From Abditibacteriaceae bacterium (GTDB lineage Bacteria; Armatimonadota; Abditibacteriia; Abditibacteriales; Abditibacteriaceae), in NCBI GenBank assembly GCA_031372065.1, contig JANMKN010000410.1, positions 1 to 11,108 of the forward strand: a stretch of 11,108 nt of DNA, in the 5' to 3' direction. A program made the position numbers and the translations under genes. Positions within the stretch are counted from its first letter, which is position 1. Every line of letters begins with the position of its first letter. The notes below the pieces were generated by a model. The model had not been told where the DNA came from. It ran no database searches and saw only the letters and a program-made list of their open reading frames with translations. Positions 1 through 6,316 of the stretch are shown piece by piece.

Positions 1-32
1 CAACTTTGACAGATGGGCGGGTTTGAAGTCAG

Positions 33-144
33 ACCGGTTGAAACCGGTCTCTGCAAGAGCCAAGGCCACCTTCGTGGCCTAAAAATGGAGGTTTTGAGCC
101 TGCGAAGGCAGGCTTTGCCTCTACAGACGCCGGTTTCAACCGGT
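33..144. repeat. Inverted pair of 48-bp double-hairpin REP-like units (33-80 and 97-144)
   Basis: Unit 1 is ACCGGTTGAAACCGGTCTCTGCAAGAGCCAAGGCCACCTTCGTGGCCT. The reverse complement of unit 2 is ACCGGTTGAAACCGGCGTCTGTAGAGGCAAAGCCTGCCTTCGCAGGCT. They match at 35/48 positions, including the first 15 nt. Each unit holds two hairpins, and the units are 16 nt apart. Confidence 0.8.
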
Positions 145-154
145 GTGAAAGCCA

Positions 155-256
155 AACCCCACCTAATCCTGCCCGCAGTAAGCGGGCGCCCGCCCAAAGG
201 GGGGAACTATGCTCTCGAAATCCTTAACTCTATGCCATTGGGCGTCAGCCCCGCGC
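155..256. repeat. Additional short palindromic or degenerate repeat-like sequence downstream of ruvB
   Basis: Hairpin GCCCGC-AGTAA-GCGGGC (171-187) sits inside a C-rich ... G-rich frame (CCCCACCTAATCC ... AAAGGGGGGAAC). A half-palindrome GGGC-GTCA-GCCC-CGCGC lies at 240-256. Confidence 0.4.
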
Positions 257-262
257 TTAAAA

Positions 263-1348
263 CTATTCTTTTGCCTGTCGCTTGTCCTTCAGCTTCGCTT
301 CTGATTCTTTGGCTTCTTCCCACAAACTCGGCTGCGTTTGGATGGCCGTGGCGGGTGGCGTTTCTCCTAAAAATTCGTAGGCTTGGCGCGTGATGCGGCG
401 GCCTGACGGCGTGCGCGCCAGAAAGCCAATTTTCAAAAGATACGGCTCCACCACGTCTTCGATGGTATCGCTTTCTTCGTTCAGCGTGGCGGCTAAGGCT
501 TCTTTTCCAACAGGGCCGCCGTTGTAAACATCCTTAATCACGCGCAAAACGGCGTGGTCGAGGCGGTCAAGACCCATGTCGTCAATGCCTTCCAAGCGCA
601 ACGCGTCTTTGGCGCTTTGCTTGTTTATAGTGCCATCGCCGCGCACCTGCGCGTAATCGCGCACGCGGCGCAAAAGGCGGTTGACAATGCGCGGCGTGCC
701 GCGCGCGCGGCGCGCCAGTTCGCGCGCGCCTTCGGGGTCAATGGGCGTGTCGAGAATCTTGGCCGAGCGCGTAGCGATGGTCGTTAAATCGTCCTCGCCA
801 TAAAAATCGAGATGCTGCTGAATGCCGAATCGGTCGCGCAAAGGCCGCGTTAAAACAGCGGGCCGCGTGGTGGCGCCAATCAGAGTAAAACGTTCCAAGC
901 GAATCGGCAGCGGCTTAGAATAAAGGCCTTTATCCAAGGTGAAATTGACGACCCAATCTTCCATCGCCGAATAAAGAAACTCTTCGACAACGCGCGGCAA
1001 GCGATGAATTTCGTCAATGAAAATAATATCGCCCAGCTTGGCGTTAATCAGAAACGGCATCAAATCGCCGGGCCGCTCCAAAGCGGGGCCGCTTGTTAAT
1101 GAAATATCGCGCCCCAATTCTTCGGCGATGATAAATCCGAGCGTCGTTTTGCCTAAGCCCGGTGGCCCATGCAGCAAGAGATGATCGAGCGTTTCGCCGC
1201 GCGCTTTGGTGGCTTCGATAGCGATTTTAATGCGTTCGACGGTTTCGGGTTGGCCGATATATTCATCGAGCAAACGAGGGCGAAGTCCCCAGTTCCACTC
1301 GTTTTCGTCGCCCGCCGATTCGGGGCCGACGATGCGTTCGCGCGTCAT
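263..1348 (-). CDS. ruvB: Holliday junction branch migration ATPase RuvB
   Basis: N-terminal LRPRLLDEYIGQ, Walker A GPPGLGKTT, Walker B FIDEIHRL, and motifs GATTR, LRDRFG, RGTPR, GGPVG and VEPYLL. SD-like AAGGA lies 6-7 nt upstream of the ATG. Confidence 0.98.
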   Translation of the reverse strand: MTRERIVGPESAGDENEWNWGLRPRLLDEYIGQPETVERIKIAIEATKARGETLDHLLLHGPPGLGKTTLGFIIAEELGRDISLTSGPALERPGDLMPFLINAKLGDIIFIDEIHRLPRVVEEFLYSAMEDWVVNFTLDKGLYSKPLPIRLERFTLIGATTRPAVLTRPLRDRFGIQQHLDFYGEDDLTTIATRSAKILDTPIDPEGARELARRARGTPRIVNRLLRRVRDYAQVRGDGTINKQSAKDALRLEGIDDMGLDRLDHAVLRVIKDVYNGGPVGKEALAATLNEESDTIEDVVEPYLLKIGFLARTPSGRRITRQAYEFLGETPPATAIQTQPSLWEEAKESEAKLKDKRQAKE

Positions 1349-1383
1349 GCAAAGTCCTTAAAGTTCGTGAAATTTCATTGCTC

Positions 1384-1392
1384 AGTTTAACA
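1384..1392 (-). promoter_or_regulatory. Putative extended -10 promoter for ruvB (TGT-TAAACT)
   Basis: The minus strand reads TGTTAAACT, matching TGn-TANNNT, about 35 nt upstream of the ruvB ATG. No clear -35 element. Confidence 0.5.
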
Positions 1393-1398
1393 GTTGGC

Positions 1399-1427
1399 TT
1401 CGATATGAAATCCGCGTTTCTATCGAA
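1399..1427. promoter_or_regulatory. Imperfect palindrome (candidate operator) between the divergent ruvB and trpE promoters
   Basis: TTCGATA-T-GAAA-TCCGCG-TTTC-TATCGAA has 11-bp arms with one bulged base. Confidence 0.3.
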
Positions 1428-1436
1428 ATTTTCAAG

Positions 1437-1442
1437 TAAACT
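1437..1442 (+). promoter_or_regulatory. Putative -10 box of a leaderless trpE transcript
   Basis: TAAACT is followed by 7 nt and then ATG 1450. There is no SD sequence and no clear -35. Confidence 0.5.
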
Positions 1443-1449
1443 GCGCGCC

Positions 1450-2964
1450 ATGCAAGTGGAAGTAATGCCTCGTTTCGAGGATTTTAGGAAGTTATCGGCG
1501 CAGGGCAATTTGGTTCCGGTTTATACGGAAGTTTTGGCCGATTTGGAGACGCCAGTTTCGGCGTTTTTGAAGCTGCGTGCGCATTTTGGCGCCTGCGCTC
1601 CGGCATTTTTGCTGGAAAGCGTCGAAGGCGGCGAAAGCGTGGCGCGCTTTTCATTTTTGGGCGTGGGCGGGCGCGCTTTTTTGACGGCTAATCGTAGTGA
1701 AATGCGCTTGGAAGAAAACGGCGAAGAAAAGTTGTGGACGCTGGACAAAGGGCAAGACCCGCTGCACGCCATCGAAGATTTGATGAAGCGTTTTCGCTTT
1801 GTGAAAGAGCCGAATCTGCCCCGCTTTTGCGGCGGCGCCGTGGGTTATTTGGGTTGGGATTTGGTGCGCTTTTTTGAAAAATTGCCGGACGCGCCGCCCG
1901 ATGACAGGGGCATTCCCGACGTGCAAATTTTGTTGACCGACACGATTCTCATTTTCGATTCGGTTCGTCATTCGGTCAAGATTCTTAACAACGCTTTTAT
2001 TCAAGGCGATGAAGAAACTGCTGTGCGTGCAGCGTATGAAGAAGCCGTCGAAAAAATCCGCGATGTGTTGGCGGCACTCGAACGTGAGCCGGTTCCCGCT
2101 TCGCGTTTGCCCGTCACTTTGGCCGAAGAACCGCCGTTCCAAAGCAACATGACGCAACAACAATATGAAGCGGCGGTAGTGAAATGCATCGAATACATTC
2201 ATGCTGGCGATTGCACACAAATTGTGCCTTCGCAGCGTTTTGCCGTGCCGCTCAAAACCGATGGTTTTCAGGTTTATCGCGCGCTGCGGCACATTTCTCC
2301 GGCGCCTTACAACTTTTATTTGAGCTTTCCTGAAGTGCAACTCATTGGCGCTTCGCCCGAAATTCTCGTGACCGAAGTAGATGGCGTGGTGCGCACGCGG
2401 CCTTTGGCTGGAACGCGACGGCGTGGCGCCAATGCCGCAGAAGATGCGCTACTCGAAGCCGAACTGTTGGCCGACCCCAAAGAACGGGCCGAGCATATCA
2501 TGCTGGTGGATTTGGGCCGCAACGATTTGGGCCGCATCAGCGAATATGGCAGCGTGCAAGTCAACGATTTGATGGTGGTGGAACGCTATTCTCATGTGAT
2601 GCACATCGCTTCGGATGTGACAGGAAAATTGCGCGCCGACAAAACGCAGTTCGATGTGCTTCGCGCCGCGTTTCCCGCCGGAACTTTGTCCGGTTCGCCC
2701 AAAGTGCGCGCCATGCAAATCATTGACGAAGTGGAGCCAACGCGTCGCGGTCCGTATGGTGGCGCCATTGGTTATTTTTCGTTCAGCGGCAACTTGGACA
2801 ATTGCATCGCGCTTCGCACCATCGTTGTAAAAGATGGCATGGCTTATGTGCAAGCCGGTGCGGGCGTTGTGGCCGACAGCGTGCCAACCACTGAATACGA
2901 AGAAACCGTCAGCAAAGCCAAAGCCGCCCTGCGCGCCATCGCGTTGGCCGAGCAGACAACTTAA
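1450..2964 (+). CDS. trpE: Anthranilate synthase component I
   Basis: Motifs LADLETPVSAF, FLLESVEGG, FCGGAVGY, GASPE, TRPLAGTRRRG (Ala, as in anthranilate synthase, rather than the PabB PIKGT Lys), KERAEHIMLVDLGRND, SHVMHI, FPAGTLSGSPK and QAGAGVVADS. Start is set at ATG 1450 (alternative 1465), not the TTG at 1378. Confidence 0.93.
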   Translation: MQVEVMPRFEDFRKLSAQGNLVPVYTEVLADLETPVSAFLKLRAHFGACAPAFLLESVEGGESVARFSFLGVGGRAFLTANRSEMRLEENGEEKLWTLDKGQDPLHAIEDLMKRFRFVKEPNLPRFCGGAVGYLGWDLVRFFEKLPDAPPDDRGIPDVQILLTDTILIFDSVRHSVKILNNAFIQGDEETAVRAAYEEAVEKIRDVLAALEREPVPASRLPVTLAEEPPFQSNMTQQQYEAAVVKCIEYIHAGDCTQIVPSQRFAVPLKTDGFQVYRALRHISPAPYNFYLSFPEVQLIGASPEILVTEVDGVVRTRPLAGTRRRGANAAEDALLEAELLADPKERAEHIMLVDLGRNDLGRISEYGSVQVNDLMVVERYSHVMHIASDVTGKLRADKTQFDVLRAAFPAGTLSGSPKVRAMQIIDEVEPTRRGPYGGAIGYFSFSGNLDNCIALRTIVVKDGMAYVQAGAGVVADSVPTTEYEETVSKAKAALRAIALAEQTT

Positions 2965-3366
2965 ATGCACAATCCCCGTTGGATGCGTCCGCTGTTAATT
3001 GCGGCGGGCGTTTATAATTTGCTGTGGGGCGCGTGGGCGATTTTTTGGCCGCAGGCGTATTTTCGCGGCGCGGGAATGTCAGAGATTAACTATCCGCAAA
3101 TCTGGCAGTGCGTCGGCATGATTGTTGGCGTTTATGGCATCGGTTATATTATCGCGGCGAGTAATCCAGTGCGCCATTGGCCGATTGTTTTTGTCGGATT
3201 TCTCGGTAAAATATTGGGGCCAATCGGCTTTTTGCAAAATGCTATAACCGGCGTGTGGCCATGGAGAATGGGTTGGGTTAATGTCACCAACGATTTAATT
3301 TGGCTGGTGCCCTTCGCGCTGATTTTGCATCATGCGTGGCAGGTGGAAAGAAAAAAACATGAGTGA
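2965..3366 (+). CDS. Small integral membrane protein (about 4 hydrophobic helices), function unknown
   Basis: The ATG immediately follows the trpE TAA. Hydrophobic segments include AGVYNLLWGAWAIFWP, WQCVGMIVGVYGIGY, HWPIVFVGFLGKILGPIGF and NDLIWLVPF. From memory it resembles membrane domains seen fused to AhpC/TSA-like redox proteins (unverified). Confidence 0.8.
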   Translation: MHNPRWMRPLLIAAGVYNLLWGAWAIFWPQAYFRGAGMSEINYPQIWQCVGMIVGVYGIGYIIAASNPVRHWPIVFVGFLGKILGPIGFLQNAITGVWPWRMGWVNVTNDLIWLVPFALILHHAWQVERKKHE

Positions 3367-3850
3367 ACAATTGACTTTAGGCGGTTTCGCCGCTGAGGTT
3401 TCCGACGAAGTAAAAACCGCCACGATTTTTTGTGATGGCGCCTGTTCGGGCAATCCCGGCCCCGGCGGGTGGGGCTGCATTGTGGAAGCCAATGGCGAGC
3501 GCCGCGAATATTCCGGCGCCGCGCGCCGCACCACCAATAATCAGATGGAGTTGCAAGCCTTGATTGAAGGCTTGAAACAAGTTCCGGGCGGCACCAAAGT
3601 CAAGGTTGTGACTGATTCGGAATACGTCGCCAAAGGCGTTAAGGAATGGATGCGTGGCTGGATTCGCAACGGCTGGAAAACAGCAGCGCGCAAGCCCGTC
3701 AAAAATCAAGAATTGTGGCAGGAAATCAATCGCTTGATGGCTTTGCGCCCATTGGAAATGCAATGGGTTAAAGGCCATGCCGGTCACGCCGAAAACGAGC
3801 GCTGTGATGAACTGGCGCGCGAGGCAATCGCAAAAATGATGGCGCGTTAA
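3359..3850 (+). CDS. rnhA: Ribonuclease HI
   Basis: Motifs FCDGACSGNPGPGGWG, TTNNQMEL, TDSEYV, WIRNGWKTAARKPVKNQELW and WVKGHAGHAENERCDELA, with the D/E/D/D catalytic residues intact. ATG 3359 overlaps the upstream gene by 8 nt. Confidence 0.97.
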   Translation: MSEQLTLGGFAAEVSDEVKTATIFCDGACSGNPGPGGWGCIVEANGERREYSGAARRTTNNQMELQALIEGLKQVPGGTKVKVVTDSEYVAKGVKEWMRGWIRNGWKTAARKPVKNQELWQEINRLMALRPLEMQWVKGHAGHAENERCDELAREAIAKMMAR

Positions 3851-3862
3851 AAGGAGCGCAAT

Positions 3863-4660
3863 ATGCGAGGACGCGAAGCTAAATTACTGGCCAATCAACA
3901 GATTTTTGAAGCCTTGGAAAGTTGGGGGTTGCAGCCGCAAAAAGACGGCAACAGTATCATTTGCGGCCTCGGCCCTTTGCGTGCCCAATGCGTGGATGTG
4001 CAGATTTCGCACGGCGGGCAACTGGCGTCGCTGATTATTGATTTAATCATTGATCCGGCCTCGAACTTGAAACTCCGTGAAAATGTCATGCAGTTTGCAG
4101 ATTCCACGGAAAAAGCTATCGGCGGTGCGGCTTATTTGTGGACGGTTTCGGTTTTTGTTGCTGTGGCGGCTTTGCTGGATGCCGAAAGATGTCCGGGGCA
4201 CATGGCAGGGCAGGAAGAACGCGAATTTCCTGATTATTCAGGAATCAAGCGCCCTTGGAAAATTTTCAGCAGCCCATTTATGATGCTGGGCGAATCGGAC
4301 AGCATTGAAACTAATCGCGGTTTGGAAGCGGAAAATGCTTATCAGGCTGACACACTGCCGTTAATCGAGCCGTTTTTGCCCGATTTATGCCGTGAGCCGC
4401 GCGTTGTCAGCGTAAAAACGTTTTTAATCAATTCCGGCATCGGCGAAATTCACGGGGATTGCAGCATTAATGGTGTTTCGTCGGCCCCATTAACCGAAGC
4501 CGTCAAAGCCTTTGCGTGGCCGCCCGGTCAGGGAATGCGTTATTTGCGGCAATTTCATGTGCTGGCACCCGCCGATTTTCAGGTAGACATGACAATTCCC
4601 ACGCCAAAAGCCGCATCGGAAAATAGGGGATTGCTGGGCAGGTTGTTTGGACGAAATTAA
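3863..4660 (+). CDS. Hypothetical protein (possibly DUF6348-like) with an amphipathic C-terminal tail
   Basis: Strong SD AAGGAG at 3851-3856, 6 nt before the ATG. The 265-aa ORF fills the gap between rnhA and the SDR and ends in RGLLGRLFGRN. The family assignment is only a tentative resemblance. Confidence 0.8.
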   Translation: MRGREAKLLANQQIFEALESWGLQPQKDGNSIICGLGPLRAQCVDVQISHGGQLASLIIDLIIDPASNLKLRENVMQFADSTEKAIGGAAYLWTVSVFVAVAALLDAERCPGHMAGQEEREFPDYSGIKRPWKIFSSPFMMLGESDSIETNRGLEAENAYQADTLPLIEPFLPDLCREPRVVSVKTFLINSGIGEIHGDCSINGVSSAPLTEAVKAFAWPPGQGMRYLRQFHVLAPADFQVDMTIPTPKAASENRGLLGRLFGRN

Positions 4661-4680
4661 ACAGAAAGCAAATTGAAGTG

Positions 4681-5445
4681 ATGAATGGTTTTTCTTTTGA
4701 CATGACGGGGCGCGTGGCGCTCGTAACCGGCGCGGGACGCGGCATCGGCAAAGGCATGGCGCAAGGTTTGGCGGCGCATGGCTGCGCTGTTGCGATTCAA
4801 GATATTGAATTGGACGTGGCGCAAGAAGCCGCCGATGAAATTGTGAATTCGGGCGGGCGCGCTTTGGCTTTGGGCGGCGATGTTGGCAATTTGGCGCTGC
4901 TCGAAAAATGGATCGAACAAACGCAATGTGAACTGGGCGGTTTGCACGTTTTAATCAACAACGCAGCAATACAAAAAGAAGGCTCGTGGCTGGAAGAAAC
5001 GCCCGAAGAATTCGAGCGCGAATGGCGCGCGAATTTGTTGGCTCCGGTTCGTTTGTGCCAGCTTTGCGTGCCGATTTTTAAGGCGCAAAAGTGGGGGCGC
5101 ATTATCAACGTCGGCTCCATTCAGGGCAAGGGCGGCAACGCCGGAATGCTGCCTTATTCCATGAGCAAAGCCGCGCTGGAAAACATGACCAAGGGGTTGT
5201 CGCGCCCCTTGGGACAGGATGGCATCACAGTCAATATGATTGCGCCCGGTTACTACAATACATGGCGCAACCGCGATCAATTTCAAACACCCGAAGACTT
5301 CGAAAAACGCAGCCAATGGATACCTCTAAAACGCATCGGCGAACCGGAAGATTGCGCGGGCGCGGCGCTGCTTTTATGCAGCGATGCCGGTTCGTATATC
5401 ACCGGCCAAACGCTGTATGTAGACGGTGGTATGAGCGTGCGATAA
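4681..5445 (+). CDS. Classical short-chain dehydrogenase/reductase (SDR), probably NAD(H)-dependent
   Basis: TGAGRGIG (TGxxxGxG), an acidic Asp at the end of beta2 (IQDIE), NNAA, catalytic Ser (VGS), YSMSK (YxxxK), IAPG and YITGQTLYVDGG. The start could also be 4678 or 4702. Confidence 0.93.
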   Translation: MNGFSFDMTGRVALVTGAGRGIGKGMAQGLAAHGCAVAIQDIELDVAQEAADEIVNSGGRALALGGDVGNLALLEKWIEQTQCELGGLHVLINNAAIQKEGSWLEETPEEFEREWRANLLAPVRLCQLCVPIFKAQKWGRIINVGSIQGKGGNAGMLPYSMSKAALENMTKGLSRPLGQDGITVNMIAPGYYNTWRNRDQFQTPEDFEKRSQWIPLKRIGEPEDCAGAALLLCSDAGSYITGQTLYVDGGMSVR

Positions 5446-5475
5446 ATAAAAAGTGCCGCTGACTCGAACGGCTTT

Positions 5476-5548
5476 TGGCAAAAAATGAGGGGCAAAAAGA
5501 TTCTTTTACAAATTCCAAAAAGCCTTTTCTGCCCCTTATTTTTTGCCA
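5476..5548. repeat. 23-bp inverted repeat between convergent genes; REP-like element or possible bidirectional terminator
   Basis: 5476-5498 is TGGCAAAAAATGAGGGGCAAAAA. The reverse complement of 5526-5548 is TGGCAAAAAATAAGGGGCAGAAA. They match at 21/23 with a 27-nt loop. Confidence 0.75.
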
Positions 5549-5557
5549 CATTGATTT

Positions 5558-6277
5558 TTATCGCTGGCTTTGAACAACCAACCCATCGCCGTGGACGATG
5601 TCGTAATTGTATTCTTTTAAGTCAATTTTAGTGCCACGCATTTTGCGCACAAACATCCGGCGCACATAATGATCTTCGTCGGCTTTCATCAAGCGCAAGG
5701 CAATGACGCCGCTGACCATGAATTCTTCGATGCCGCGCTCATTATTGCCCATCGCGCCGGGCCAAATGTGCGAAGTCATCAGCGTGGTGCAGCCGAAGTT
5801 GTCGTCAATGCCAAAAATAAGGGTGCGGATGTATTCCTGCACTTCATAAATGCGCTCGCGATGCAAAACCAAGGGCACAACTGGGTCAATCACGAGGCGC
5901 TTGGCGTTGATGCGACGAATTTGCTTGGATAAATCCTGCAAAACTTCGTTGGCGTCCACCATGCCACCTTTGCTGGTGCGCACCCAGTTGAAATACGGCG
6001 ATACATCCAGCAGCGTCAGCTTGCCTTCGTTGACCGGCGTGCGCATATCCCAGCCCAGCGTGGCCACATCTTCGACCATGTGCGAGGGCTTTTCGTCAAT
6101 CGAAATATAGACGCCGTTTTCGCCACGTTTGAGGCCTTCCAGCATGAACTGCGCCGCCAAGGTGGTTTTTCCCGTTCCCGGTTCTCCCGTCACCAAGTAA
6201 CTTTGACCGGCGGGAAAACCGCCTTCTAATAATTCGTCCAAACCTTTTACGCCGGTGCTGACTCGTTCTCGTGCCAT
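5558..6277 (-). CDS. Single-domain KaiC/RAD55-family RecA-superfamily ATPase
   Basis: N-terminal RVSTGVKGLDELLEGGFP, Walker A GEPGTGKT, YISIDEK, Walker B RLVIDP, GIEEFMVSGVIAL and the Arg-finger region VRKMRGT. SD GGAG (6283-6286) lies 5 nt before the ATG. Confidence 0.92.
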   Translation of the reverse strand: MARERVSTGVKGLDELLEGGFPAGQSYLVTGEPGTGKTTLAAQFMLEGLKRGENGVYISIDEKPSHMVEDVATLGWDMRTPVNEGKLTLLDVSPYFNWVRTSKGGMVDANEVLQDLSKQIRRINAKRLVIDPVVPLVLHRERIYEVQEYIRTLIFGIDDNFGCTTLMTSHIWPGAMGNNERGIEEFMVSGVIALRLMKADEDHYVRRMFVRKMRGTKIDLKEYNYDIVHGDGLVVQSQR

Positions 6278-6316
6278 TAAATCTCCAAACCTTGATTGCC
6301 AAGCTGACTCTTTACC

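Noticed and set aside
31..207. CRISPR array, tRNA or known riboswitch in the hairpin-rich region
   Set aside because: The repeats are inverted rather than direct with spacers. There is no cloverleaf or T-loop motif and no cas gene, and I recognise no riboswitch consensus.
13..393. 126-aa plus-strand ORF
   Set aside because: It runs through the palindromic repeats and overlaps the ruvB 3' end in antisense, with no recognisable protein features.
1378..1449. Extended TTG start for trpE
   Set aside because: It would overlap the divergent promoter region, and TrpE-like sequence only begins after ATG 1450.
1450..2964. pabB (ADC synthase) assignment
   Set aside because: It has PLAGT rather than PIKGT, plus SHVMH and LLES, all anthranilate-synthase features.
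3332..3358. GTG start for rnhA at 3332
   Set aside because: It gives a 35-nt overlap with the upstream gene. ATG 3359 gives a typical short coupled overlap.
3359..3850. RNase H as part of a retroelement, retron or transposase
   Set aside because: It is a canonical cellular RNase HI with the basic protrusion. There is no reverse transcriptase or integrase in the window.
5455..5476. Intrinsic terminator GCCG-N10-CGGC-TTTT after the SDR
   Set aside because: The 4-bp stem, 10-nt loop and short T tract are too weak to call.
5558..6277. True circadian kaiC, or radA/sms
   Set aside because: It is a single domain with no Ser-Thr phosphosites and no kaiA/kaiB, and it lacks the RadA zinc finger, KNRFG motif and Lon-like domain.
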